Positions 55,123-64,000 of a DNA stretch of 64,000 nucleotides are shown here, one piece after another. The notes beneath the pieces are model-generated. The model was not told where the DNA came from, did no database searches, and saw only the letters and a list, made by a program, of their open reading frames with translations. The stretch covers positions 100,435 through 164,434 of the forward strand of contig JAJFKA010000030.1 in assembly GCA_021773555.1 (NCBI GenBank). Direction: 5' to 3'. The translations under genes were made by a program, and so were the position numbers. Position 1 is the first letter of the stretch, and each line of letters opens with the position of its first letter. The stretch is from Gammaproteobacteria bacterium. Lineage in GTDB: Bacteria; Pseudomonadota; Gammaproteobacteria; Pseudomonadales; Azotimanducaceae.

Positions 55123-57996
55123 CTACTGTGAAATGGTACTGAGATTCGTCAGAAACCCGGTTTCGGTATCCAGCAGGCTTTGCACACGCACACTGTCAGT
55201 TGCGATGATCGATAAGCGCCATTTCCCTGAGCCCTGTCCAAGGGCACCCACCAGGCCCAGCGATGCATTGCCGTTTTCGAGATCCTGAGCACTGATCACG
55301 AGTGCCGCATTTGCACCCAGATTAAACGAGATGTTACCTCCCGGGGCAGGATTACCCGCGTCATCCACGGCAGCGATGGAGATAGCGGACTGCGAAGCCC
55401 CGTTATTCATCACTCGTAACGAGCTACGCTGGTCAAGATTGCTGGCCGGATTGAAAAAATAGACCTCGCTGACTCCCGCCGCATCCGGGACAGTCCGACT
55501 GAGATTGGTTAAAAATCCGTCGGGTGTGCGCACCAGGCTCATGACCTGAAATGCATCCAGGTCGCCCAGCTCGTCTAAAGTGCCGTCTAAATTGCCGTCT
55601 AAATTGCGGACACCCAGGATCCAGCGACCACTGCCCTCACCCAGCAGCCCCAGCAAATCCTTGCTGAGATTCCCCGCTTCCATATCCCGTGCCGTAATTT
55701 GCCTGGCCTGATTGGCCTCAAGCGTTAACATCAAATCGCCGCCGGGTGCTGGATTCCCCTGATCATCTCGCGCCGTAATCGCGAGGTTTAAACTGTCATC
55801 GCTGAGGTTAACGAATCTGAGGAATGTCTCTTTTTCTGTGTCACTCCCCGGATTCGCAAAATAAACGACGCGCTGATCCCCCTCCGGCCCGGCTGCTACC
55901 ACTGCGCTGAGGTTTGTTAGAAACCCATCTGGCGTACGAATCAGACTCATGACCTTCAGATCCAGTAGCGACGTAACCGTCAATCGCCATTTCCCTGACC
56001 CATCACCCAGCGCACCCAGCAGCCCTTTCGCAGGATTGCCATTTTCAAGATCGGTGAGGGTTAATTGCCGGGAAGTATTACGGTTGAGTTCAAAACTGAC
56101 AACACCACTCTGGTTGCCAGCGTCATCAATGCCGGTGATGCTGACCGTCCCGGCCATACTTCCCAGATTGACCAGCCGGATGAAGGAAAGCTGCTGAATA
56201 TTGCTCGCCGGGTTCGCAAAATAGACCTGATGCGCCTGCCCGGCTACCGGCACCGTGTCGTTCAGACTGGTCAGAAATCCATCCGGCGTGCGAATGAGTC
56301 CCTGGGTGACAACCGGCTCGTCGGAGCGAAGCAGAAACTGCCATTTACCGCTGCCGTCACACAATCGACTGGTCAGCCCCTTGTTCGCATTACCCTGTTC
56401 GACGTCCTGGGCCGTGACCTGTCGGGCACTTCCCGGCGTCAACGTCAGCGACACGGGTGGACGCCGGCTTGCGTTACCCGCGTCATCAATGCCATAGAGT
56501 TCAACGGTTGCCGGCAGGACGCCAGGATTGATGAGTCGTAAGAAAGTCTGCTGACCCATATTGCTACCGGGATTGGCCATGTAAACACGGGTCTGGTGAA
56601 GCAAGGCCGAGTCACTTGCCACCGGGGCAACAACCCTCGCATCGAAACAAATATCGAGGCTGTTCGGATCATTTGGATCGGTCTGGGATTCAAACTCCTG
56701 CAGGTTACTCGCACCATCCCCGTCACTGTCCTCACCACTGTCTGCCGTCAGTGGATCAAGGTTATTCGCAACCTCAAAGCTATCGGGCAGTCCATCGCCA
56801 TCATCATCCAGATCGGCATTGTTACCCACGCCATCCCCGTCTGTATCAACTGACTCGGTGGAATCCGCTGGAAAAGCGTCAGAACCATCGGCAACACCAT
56901 CGTTATCATCATCCGCGTCGAGACCATCACCCACACCGTCACCATCCGTGTCCAGTGTTTCTGTAGGGTCCAGCGGGAAACTGTCATTGACATCATCAAT
57001 GCCGTCAGCATCGTCATCCAGGTCCGCGTTGTTGCCTGTCCCATCGCCATCCGTATCAATCGATTCGTCAGGGTCAAAGGGAAATTGATCATTCGCATCA
57101 TCGACACCATCATTATCGTCATCGCCATCCGCCACATCGCCAATACCATCGTTGTCGGCGTCGCTGACCTCACTCGCATCTAACGGAAATCGGTCCACCG
57201 TGTCCGGCGAACCGTCGCCGTCGTCATCGCTGTCCGCATTGTTGCCCTGGCCGTCCTGATCCGTATCAAGTTGCTCATCAGGATCAAGCGGAAAGTCATC
57301 GTTAACGTCCGGTGTGCCATCATTATCGTCATCAGGATCAAGCGCATCGGTTTGTCCATCACCATCCGTGTCATCTGTTACCCGGCTGGTAACGCTGGTC
57401 AGTACCACGAAAATTTCGGCGCTCACCGTACCGGTGTAATTGATGGTTGGCGTATCGGTAAAGGAGCCCTGAAAATTTTGCCTGGGCAATGCCGCTATCG
57501 CATCAACAACGCCCATACCATTTCCCAGCACGCGCGCAAATACAGTGAAGCCGCCATTCTGGTTATCCAGGTTCACACTGTTATCGGCAAGGTTCACAAA
57601 CCACTGGCTGGTCGCGCTGTTCTGGTCACCTTCCAGCTTTGCCATGGCGACTGTGCCGCGGGTGTTAGACACCTTGAATTCATTCACCACGGGTGGGTCG
57701 GTGACAATTCCTGGCGCTGAGCCGGTGGCTGGATCAAAGAAAAATCCGCCGCCCTGGATCACAAAGCCGGGCAGACTGCGATGAATAAATGTCCCGTCGT
57801 AGCTGCCCCGCTGTACATAATTCAGGAAATTCGCCACCGTCGCCGGTGCGTCCTGATCGAGCATCTCCATCTCGAAGGTCCCGAGTGACGTGTCAATCGT
57901 GACGATGGTTTGGCAATGCCCTATAGCAGGAAGCAGCAACCACAGCCGCAAGAGATTTGTTGCCATCGTCTTCATAGTGACGGGATTAATGCTCAT
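55123..57996 (-). CDS. secreted multidomain protein: cyclophilin-type PPIase + thrombospondin-type-3 Ca-binding repeats + 4 copies of an unassigned module of about 115 aa
   Basis: Signal peptide, then the cyclophilin core (aa 30-200: FIHRSLPGFVIQGGGF, SQWFVNL). D-rich DxDxDGxxDxxD repeats span aa 207-445. Four modules (aa 470-583, 590-699, 710-836, 845-955) each run VYFANP...GIDDAGN...GSGKWRL...RTPDGFLTNLS. Confidence 0.85.
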   Translation of the reverse strand: MSINPVTMKTMATNLLRLWLLLPAIGHCQTIVTIDTSLGTFEMEMLDQDAPATVANFLNYVQRGSYDGTFIHRSLPGFVIQGGGFFFDPATGSAPGIVTDPPVVNEFKVSNTRGTVAMAKLEGDQNSATSQWFVNLADNSVNLDNQNGGFTVFARVLGNGMGVVDAIAALPRQNFQGSFTDTPTINYTGTVSAEIFVVLTSVTSRVTDDTDGDGQTDALDPDDDNDGTPDVNDDFPLDPDEQLDTDQDGQGNNADSDDDGDGSPDTVDRFPLDASEVSDADNDGIGDVADGDDDNDGVDDANDQFPFDPDESIDTDGDGTGNNADLDDDADGIDDVNDSFPLDPTETLDTDGDGVGDGLDADDDNDGVADGSDAFPADSTESVDTDGDGVGNNADLDDDGDGLPDSFEVANNLDPLTADSGEDSDGDGASNLQEFESQTDPNDPNSLDICFDARVVAPVASDSALLHQTRVYMANPGSNMGQQTFLRLINPGVLPATVELYGIDDAGNASRRPPVSLTLTPGSARQVTAQDVEQGNANKGLTSRLCDGSGKWQFLLRSDEPVVTQGLIRTPDGFLTSLNDTVPVAGQAHQVYFANPASNIQQLSFIRLVNLGSMAGTVSITGIDDAGNQSGVVSFELNRNTSRQLTLTDLENGNPAKGLLGALGDGSGKWRLTVTSLLDLKVMSLIRTPDGFLTNLSAVVAAGPEGDQRVVYFANPGSDTEKETFLRFVNLSDDSLNLAITARDDQGNPAPGGDLMLTLEANQARQITARDMEAGNLSKDLLGLLGEGSGRWILGVRNLDGNLDGTLDELGDLDAFQVMSLVRTPDGFLTNLSRTVPDAAGVSEVYFFNPASNLDQRSSLRVMNNGASQSAISIAAVDDAGNPAPGGNISFNLGANAALVISAQDLENGNASLGLVGALGQGSGKWRLSIIATDSVRVQSLLDTETGFLTNLSTISQ
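55571..55606. repeat. 12-bp tandem repeat x3 inside module 3 of the large secreted protein
   Basis: TCGTCTAAAGTG / CCGTCTAAATTG / CCGTCTAAATTG encode NLDG-NLDG-TLDE. This segment is absent from the other three modules. Confidence 0.8.
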
Positions 57997-58038
57997 CCCG
58001 GTTCAGGACCGGTGCAACGGGTATAAATATTCCTGTGC

Positions 58039-58938
58039 TCACGCCGACAAATCACCCACAAACGTCTGCTCGATAATGTGTCGTCCAAGAAATTCAGGTG
58101 CCTGCATGGGCATGAAGTGGGTCAATTCAGGCAGAAAAACATCGACGCCATTGGGGAAATGGCTGGCCAGTTCCGGCCAGGTAGGTGAGGCACTGAAGTC
58201 CATCTGCTCGCCGAGTTGGTCACGCTGCCTGGCTCTCAACACCTTAACCGGATGGGTGACATCTGCCAGGCGCTCATGGATGGTCGAGCCAGTGTTGCCC
58301 ATATAAATCGCAGCTTCCACTTCAGGAGGACAGGCGAGCACAAAACCCTCGCCATCAGGATTTTTTATAAGGCCGTACTCACAATAATCATGCAGGATTG
58401 CATCCCGCCAGGTTGAATAGGAGCCGCGACCGTGGAAATTGTCGAACATGGCCTGGGCATTGGCGAACAGATTGCGTCGTCGTGCCACCGGATGCAGACC
58501 CTCCGCATTAAGCCACGCGCTGTGTTCAGGCTTACCCGAAACATACAACTCCGGGGACATAATCACTGGGTCGACCAACACCAGTCTCTCGAATCTTTCA
58601 GGTTCATCGGCCGCCAGTTGGGTCACACAATGACCGCCCATGGAGTGGCCGACACCCACCAGACGGGAGAGATCCAGCTCATCCACGAAGTGCCTGAGAT
58701 CATCCCCGAAAGTTGTCCAGTCATAGGGTGCAACTTTTGAACTCAATCCATGGCCACGCATATCAAGCGCCACAACGTGCCTGTCAGGCATTGCTGCAAT
58801 GGTTTTATCCCAGCAACGGGCGTGAAATCCGGTCGCGTGAACAAGCAGATAAGTCGCGTCGGAAGCGAATTCCGTACCCCATTCGTACCAGCACAATTGC
58901 AGATCGGGAAGTGCCAGGGTATTTCTGGTACAGCTCAT
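58039..58938 (-). CDS. alpha/beta hydrolase
   Basis: GHSMGG nucleophile elbow. The start at ATG 58938 clears the upstream MFS stop. The longest ORF reaches 59004. Confidence 0.8.
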   Translation of the reverse strand: MSCTRNTLALPDLQLCWYEWGTEFASDATYLLVHATGFHARCWDKTIAAMPDRHVVALDMRGHGLSSKVAPYDWTTFGDDLRHFVDELDLSRLVGVGHSMGGHCVTQLAADEPERFERLVLVDPVIMSPELYVSGKPEHSAWLNAEGLHPVARRRNLFANAQAMFDNFHGRGSYSTWRDAILHDYCEYGLIKNPDGEGFVLACPPEVEAAIYMGNTGSTIHERLADVTHPVKVLRARQRDQLGEQMDFSASPTWPELASHFPNGVDVFLPELTHFMPMQAPEFLGRHIIEQTFVGDLSA

Positions 58939-58957
58939 TATGTTGTTCACCTTATGA

Positions 58958-60178
58958 TTAATTGATCGGTTCTGCGCCTTTACCGAGGGGCTCAAGGTTC
59001 GCAAGGTCAGTAAAGAACCATACTAACAAGAGCACCAGCCAAACCCCTGCAACGCAGACTAACAGACTCGCCAGGGGGCCGATGATGGTCGCGCAATATC
59101 CCAGTGATAAAGCACCAATTGGCATGCCACCCATGCTGCCCAGCGAAAATATCGACATGACACGAGCACGATAATTCAGCGGCGCGGACTCCTGCATGAT
59201 GGTGCGACCCATACTCATGGCAACGCCACCACCCATACCCCAGAGAAATATCACCGAAAGGTAACCATAGAAGGGTAGCTCAAAATAGGCTGCCAGCAGG
59301 CACAGACCACCGGCAAACATTGCGCACATCAAACCCCTGCCCTGTTTTCGAAGACCACCTGCCGCGACCAGGATCACGGTGGTGGCAATTGTGCCAATCA
59401 TAAATGCGCCAAACGACAGGGATATTTCCAGCGCTCCCCCACCGTAGATGTCACGAACGATCACGGGATTGAGCACCATGAAGCTGCCACCATAGAACAG
59501 ACTCATGGTGATCATCAACATCAGCGCGGGTGCCATCCGTTTTGAGGCGAAGACAATTCTCAGACCGTCTTTAATCTGCGCGACTCGGGATGAAGCCGGT
59601 CCAGCAGGTTCTGGTCGCCTGGCTGTCAGCATCATCGCGGTCAGCGCACCTGAGAGCAGGATGCAGGATTGCAACAGCAATAACAGCCCGGGACCAACCG
59701 AGTCTGTAAAGCTTGCTGCAATAAATCCAAAGATCTGCGCACCGAATGTCAGACCCATGGTGACCGTCACGGTGCGCTGCAACTGATCACCGGCAACGCG
59801 ATTTAACATCGTGTCCCTGGCAGGCTGAATAAATGCCAGCACTGTACCCATGGCCAGTGCATAAACCAGCATCACCGGATAACTTAACTGGTCAAAGTAA
59901 ATCGCCACGGCCAGCGCCGCTGCCGGCATTGCTGCGAAAACGTGAAACACAATCAATATTTTTCTCGGATCCACGCGGTCTGCAAGCAGGCCGCCGAAGA
60001 GGATTAAAGCTAGTCCGGGCAGTTGTGTGCACATTTGTGCAATCCCCAGCCGGTCGGCGGGCTCTCCCAGTTGCACCGCGATAAGCCACGGAAAAAGAAT
60101 TGTCTGGATACCTGCGGGTATGACAAACGTGGTTACCCCTGCCATATACCAGAAATATTGATTCGGTGATTTCGACAT
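58958..60178 (-). CDS. MFS transporter
   Basis: 406 aa, about 12 TM segments, with a D-R-x-x-R-like loop (LLADRVDPRK). Confidence 0.85.
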   Translation of the reverse strand: MSKSPNQYFWYMAGVTTFVIPAGIQTILFPWLIAVQLGEPADRLGIAQMCTQLPGLALILFGGLLADRVDPRKILIVFHVFAAMPAAALAVAIYFDQLSYPVMLVYALAMGTVLAFIQPARDTMLNRVAGDQLQRTVTVTMGLTFGAQIFGFIAASFTDSVGPGLLLLLQSCILLSGALTAMMLTARRPEPAGPASSRVAQIKDGLRIVFASKRMAPALMLMITMSLFYGGSFMVLNPVIVRDIYGGGALEISLSFGAFMIGTIATTVILVAAGGLRKQGRGLMCAMFAGGLCLLAAYFELPFYGYLSVIFLWGMGGGVAMSMGRTIMQESAPLNYRARVMSIFSLGSMGGMPIGALSLGYCATIIGPLASLLVCVAGVWLVLLLVWFFTDLANLEPLGKGAEPIN

Positions 60179-60306
60179 AGACGGGATGCTACGGTCTTAT
60201 CACAACTTAGGGAAGGTCTGATTCCGGGCACCTTTCCGACCAGGGGTGTTGAACCTGACTATGTTTTCTCTGGTATTCTCCAGCAACCTCCTCACTGCAT
60301 ACTGGC

Positions 60307-61644
60307 ATGAACAAATCACTCTCCCTCGCATCCATCGCGTTCATTCTCAGTGCATCCATCCACGCTGAGACGTCGTCATCGGCACAAAGCCGCGGGTTGA
60401 GTGCAACCGAAATGGATATTGTTGCGCACGTGGACAGGAACAATCCCGCTGCGCTCGTACTGCTGGAGAAAATCGTCAACATCAACAGTGGAACCACTAA
60501 CCAGCCCGGTGTGCGCGCCGTGGGTCAGATGTTTGCGGCCGAGTTCCAGTCACTGGGATTTACAACCGAGTGGGTTGATGGCAGTTCCTTCAATCGGGCC
60601 GGTCACCTGATCGCTTCCCGGGGTAGCAAGGGTCCGAGGATATTGCTAATCGGACACCTGGATACGGTATTTGAGCCGAACAATCCTTTTCAGAAGTATG
60701 AGGTCGTCTCCGAAGGCGCCGTTAAAGGTCCCGGTATCACTGACATGAAAGGCGGAGATGTCATTATTCTGAAAGCGCTGACGGCCCTCGATCAGGCAGG
60801 CGTGCTCGACACAATGAGTGTGAAGGTTATCCTGACGGGTGATGAGGAGCGGCGCGGAAGTCCGCTTGAGGCGGCGACCAGACGTTTGATTGAAGCGGGC
60901 AGATGGGCTGACATCGCGTTGGGCTTCGAGGACGGTGATGGTAATCCGGACACCGCGGTAATCTCGCGACGGGGAGCGATCAGCTGGCAACTTGCCGTTA
61001 CCGGAAGGCCGGCACATTCGTCGCAGATCTTCGTGGCGGGTTATGGCGACGGTGCGATTTTTGAAACCGCGCGTATTCTAAATGAATTCCGGGTAGCCCT
61101 GGCCGGTGAAGAGAACCTGACTTTGAATCCAGGCATTCTGGTCGGTGGCACCAGCGCCGCCATCGATGCGTCTACGGCAACCGGCTCGGCCTTCGGTAAA
61201 AACAATGTGATTCCGGAAACCACGTTAGTGGAAGGTGACCTGCGCGCAGTTTCTCCGGCTCAGCTCATTCGGGCACAGAAGATCATGACCGTGATCGTCG
61301 CGAAAAATCTGGCGGAAACCGGAGCGACCATTAGCTTTTCACCAGGCTACCCGCCCATGGCCCCTTCCCCGGCAAACAAACAGTTACTAGCCCGCTATTC
61401 CAGGGCCAGTTTGGATCTCGGCTTCGGTGAAGTGCAGGCGGTGAACCCACGCTCGGCAGGCGCTGCGGATATTTCCTTCGTCGCACAATATGTCGGCATG
61501 GCCCTCGACGGGCTGGGATTAATGGGTTCCGGTGGTCATACGGTGAATGAGGTCGCCGATATCGGGACCCTGTCCACACAAACTAAACGCGCCGCCTTGC
61601 TGCTGTTCAGGCTCGGCAATCCGCGACTCACGGTGGAGCGATGA
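60307..61644 (+). CDS. M20-family metallopeptidase, glutamate carboxypeptidase (CPG2)-like, exported
   Basis: Signal peptide (SASIHA-E) plus IGHLDTVF, GITDMKGG and TGDEERRGS motifs. Confidence 0.85.
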   Translation: MNKSLSLASIAFILSASIHAETSSSAQSRGLSATEMDIVAHVDRNNPAALVLLEKIVNINSGTTNQPGVRAVGQMFAAEFQSLGFTTEWVDGSSFNRAGHLIASRGSKGPRILLIGHLDTVFEPNNPFQKYEVVSEGAVKGPGITDMKGGDVIILKALTALDQAGVLDTMSVKVILTGDEERRGSPLEAATRRLIEAGRWADIALGFEDGDGNPDTAVISRRGAISWQLAVTGRPAHSSQIFVAGYGDGAIFETARILNEFRVALAGEENLTLNPGILVGGTSAAIDASTATGSAFGKNNVIPETTLVEGDLRAVSPAQLIRAQKIMTVIVAKNLAETGATISFSPGYPPMAPSPANKQLLARYSRASLDLGFGEVQAVNPRSAGAADISFVAQYVGMALDGLGLMGSGGHTVNEVADIGTLSTQTKRAALLLFRLGNPRLTVER

Positions 61645-61651
61645 GCTAACT

Positions 61652-62263
61652 ATGGCCAGGGATCCGAATCGTCGTCACACCATCATCGATGGTGCCAGCC
61701 AGCTGTTTTTGCGCCACGGCTATGACGGGGTTACCGTGGATGAAATTTGCACACAAACCCACTCCTCCAAGGGCAGCTTCTATCACTTCTTTTCTTCAAA
61801 AGAAGATCTTGCCATCCAACTCATCGACGACACCTGGGATGCGACCCAGGAATCCCTGGCGGATACCTTCTCAGCCGACAAATCTCCCATGGACCGTATC
61901 CGGGATGAACTGGTGCATGCCTATTCCAGATCCCATACCATGGATGGCCGAAGTCGTCACATGACCGGTTCTCCAATTGGTACCTTGTCAGTCACCTTCG
62001 GTAACAAGAGCGAAAAGATTCGCAAGCGCATCAACTTCGCATTCAACCATATGCGGCACACCTACCGGTTGACGTTTACAGAAGCCATCAGCAAGGGAGA
62101 CCTGGACGGAAGCAGGAGTGCAGCGGAACTTGCCGATCTGTTGCTGGTGACCATTCAAGGCATCGGCATTATCGGTCGCGCGACCAATTCGCGGGCAAAA
62201 ACCAGGCGGCTGGTGGACAATCTCATGTCTGCTTTCGGCATAAACTCATCACCCTCACCCTGA
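61652..62263 (+). CDS. TetR-family transcriptional regulator
   Basis: N-terminal HTH GYDGVTVDEICTQTHSSKGSFYHFFSSKEDL. The ATG at 61652 lies just after the peptidase stop. Confidence 0.85.
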   Translation: MARDPNRRHTIIDGASQLFLRHGYDGVTVDEICTQTHSSKGSFYHFFSSKEDLAIQLIDDTWDATQESLADTFSADKSPMDRIRDELVHAYSRSHTMDGRSRHMTGSPIGTLSVTFGNKSEKIRKRINFAFNHMRHTYRLTFTEAISKGDLDGSRSAAELADLLLVTIQGIGIIGRATNSRAKTRRLVDNLMSAFGINSSPSP

Positions 62264-62347
62264 CGGACAATTCATTAGTCGCGCCCTTCGGTCATCCCAG
62301 CGGAATCTGTTAATATCTGCCGCCCTGTTAACCTCAGCCGAGCGCAC

Positions 62348-62899
62348 GTGACAGCTTCTGTGACTACTCTGCAAAAAATCGCCATCATAGGATCGAGCTG
62401 TTCCGGCAAAACCACACTCGCCAAACAACTTTCGACCCAACTCGGCCTGAAGCGCATTGAACTCGACGAAATCAACTGGCTGGCCAACTGGCAGGAACGT
62501 GACTATGACGAATTCAGGGAAATGGTGGATATCGCCACCCGGGAAGTGGCCTGGGTGGTGGACGGTAATTACAACTCGCGTTTAAATGGGCTGACGCTGC
62601 AGCGAGCAGACACGATCATCTGGCTGAACCTGCCATTCCTCACGGTCTACGGTCGACTCTTCGCCAGACTGTATCGGCGCATTATCCTTGGCGAAACGCT
62701 CTGGAACGGCAATCGGGAAACGCTGCTGACGACACTGTTCCGGACCGACTCGCTGATCTACTGGATTCCCCGCCGCTACCAGATCATCAGGCGTGGCTAT
62801 CGGCAATTTTTCGAGGTGCCGGAGCAACAAAAGAAACTCATTGAATTCCATGATGCCAAATCCATCGATGCCTGGCTGAAGACCCTGGGATCTCCTTGA
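62348..62899 (+). CDS. P-loop NTPase, adenylate-kinase-like / topology-modulation-protein-like
   Basis: GTG start, Walker A IIGSSCSGKTTLAK, 183 aa. Confidence 0.7.
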   Translation: MTASVTTLQKIAIIGSSCSGKTTLAKQLSTQLGLKRIELDEINWLANWQERDYDEFREMVDIATREVAWVVDGNYNSRLNGLTLQRADTIIWLNLPFLTVYGRLFARLYRRIILGETLWNGNRETLLTTLFRTDSLIYWIPRRYQIIRRGYRQFFEVPEQQKKLIEFHDAKSIDAWLKTLGSP

Positions 62900-64000
62900 A
62901 CCGGGCCATCGTTTCCCGCGAACGGGGCCTGCGTATTTTTACCATTGGCCTGCCGATTATGGGCGGCATGGTCTCCAACGTCGTGCTCGGGCTGGTGGAT
63001 ACGGCGATGGTGGGCACCCTGGGGAACGCAGCCCTTGGGGCCGTCGGTATCTCTTCGTTTATCGCCTTCATTTATCTGGGATTGTTTTATGGCTTCTCAA
63101 TTGCGGTTCAGGCCATGGTATCGAGGCGCAAGGGAGAGAACCGACTCGAGGACTGCGGTCTATATCTGAGTGGCGCATTAATCTTCATCCTGATACTGGC
63201 ACCCACCTTATCTTTGCTGCTTTACTTCGCAATCCCTTACCTGTTCCCGCTGATCAATGATGATCCGGAAGTCATCAGTATCGGTGTCGACTACATCCGC
63301 TGGTTAATCCTGCAGGCCGTGTTCGTTGGATTTATTCAGGCTAACACCGGATTCTGGAATGGTATTGGCCTCTCTCGTGTCTATCTTTATTCGCTGCTCA
63401 TCATGCATGCGGCCAACATCGCCTTAAACTACATTTTCATCTTTGGGAAATTAGGCGCCCCGCAGATGGGTGCAGAAGGTGCCGGGTTCGCAACCGCCCT
63501 TGCCAGTGTCCTTGGTGCATTTTTGTACCTGCGACTCGGATTGAAGTTTGGCAAACCTTACGGCTATCTGCGCAAGCTGCCCACCCGGAAAGATATCAAA
63601 GGTATCGTTCGCCTGGCGATCCCGGCCGGAATGCAGCAGCTTCTGGACATCGCCGCACTAACAATTACCTACAGCATTGTTGGGATGGTGGGCACCATGG
63701 AACTCGCCTGTTACAGCGTGCTGATTAATCTGATCAATCTGGTGGGACTGCCGGCCTGGGGGCTGGGAACTGCTGGCGCAACCCTGGTTGGTCAGGCGCT
63801 CGGTGAGAAGAACATCAAAGACGCGGGTGCCTGGGCAGTCGATGTCCTCAAGCTTGGTGTACTCGCAATGGCGATCATTGGTATTCCCTTCTGGATGTTT
63901 CCGGAACTGATCCTGTCAATCTGGATCCATGATCCGGAAACACTGCAGTCCGCGGTGATTCCAACCCGGATACTCGGCGTGATGATCGCGTTCAACGGCA
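62896..64000 (+). CDS. MATE-family efflux transporter (3' end outside the window)
   Basis: Frame 1 is open from the TTG at 62896 to the window end. My own translation gives ...IFTIGLPIMGGMVSNVVLGLVDTAMVG... and ...LAIPAGMQQLLD..., typical of MATE proteins. It is not in the ORF track because it has no stop. The start is uncertain. Confidence 0.75.
   Translation, partial: MNRAIVSRERGLRIFTIGLPIMGGMVSNVVLGLVDTAMVGTLGNAALGAVGISSFIAFIYLGLFYGFSIAVQAMVSRRKGENRLEDCGLYLSGALIFILILAPTLSLLLYFAIPYLFPLINDDPEVISIGVDYIRWLILQAVFVGFIQANTGFWNGIGLSRVYLYSLLIMHAANIALNYIFIFGKLGAPQMGAEGAGFATALASVLGAFLYLRLGLKFGKPYGYLRKLPTRKDIKGIVRLAIPAGMQQLLDIAALTITYSIVGMVGTMELACYSVLINLINLVGLPAWGLGTAGATLVGQALGEKNIKDAGAWAVDVLKLGVLAMAIIGIPFWMFPELILSIWIHDPETLQSAVIPTRILGVMIAFNG

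Noticed and set aside
54557-55288. 243-aa ORF on the plus strand.
   Set aside because: It is antisense to the PdxA-family gene and the 3' end of the large secreted-protein gene. The sequence is Arg-rich and low-complexity.
56600-57380. A highly repetitive DNA stretch with many alternative-frame ORFs (60-158 aa), possibly a non-coding repeat array or CRISPR-like.
   Set aside because: The periodicity comes from the coding D-rich thrombospondin-type-3 repeats in the 957-aa ORF. There is no repeat-spacer structure, and the alternative frames give low-complexity His/Pro/Met/Thr strings.
1-64000. The whole window as a defence or mobile island (restriction-modification, toxin-antitoxin, CBASS, retron, CRISPR, prophage).
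   Set aside because: I recognised no integrase, recombinase, reverse transcriptase, methylase-nuclease pair, cas gene, phage structural gene or tRNA attachment site. The only mobile-like items are the single Y1 transposase-fold gene and the palindromic element.

Overview
This 64-kb window looks like a densely coded bacterial chromosome. The gene content suggests an aerobic marine or aquatic proteobacterium, probably gammaproteobacterial, but I could not verify that without a database search. I support about 65 protein genes, one frameshifted gene, and a few small non-coding elements. I found no rRNA, tRNA, CRISPR array, prophage, integrase or recognisable defence island.

Recognisable blocks, in order:
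- a GAF-GGDEF cyclase
- a TatT-associated TRAP transporter (tatT-dctPQM)
- a single Y1 (HUH) transposase-fold gene
- a split hot-dog hydratase pair, an SDR and a broken TauD-family gene
- a CocE/NonD hydrolase and a DsbD-like reductase
- a carboxyltransferase and pntAA-pntAB-pntB
- an AraC/VOC/methyltransferase/peroxiredoxin/LysR patch
- a seven-gene operon headed by an ECF sigma factor (2-TM protein, LolA-like protein, two FtsX permeases, ABC ATPase, outer-membrane barrel)
- an 806-aa zinc-ribbon/helical-repeat orphan
- a LysR regulator with a MetX-family gene
- soxX-Y-Z-A-(small gene)-B plus a dsrE-like gene, directly abutting two acyl-CoA dehydrogenase genes
- a 957-aa secreted protein (cyclophilin, thrombospondin-type-3 repeats, four repeat modules)
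- an MFS transporter, M20 peptidase, TetR regulator, P-loop protein and MATE transporter

Best candidates for something undescribed:
1. the ECF-headed trans-envelope ABC/LolA-like/barrel operon (34.1-40.3 kb)
2. the cyclophilin-TSP3 protein with four copies of an unassigned module of about 115 aa (55.1-58.0 kb)
3. a 277-bp GC-rich palindromic element flanked by an 11-bp direct repeat, 1.2 kb from the Y1 transposase-fold gene
4. a promoter-to-terminator unit downstream of metX that may be a small RNA
5. a dense GATC(G) cluster in a divergent promoter region

All family calls come from motif recognition by eye. None was confirmed by a search. Many start codons are approximate.
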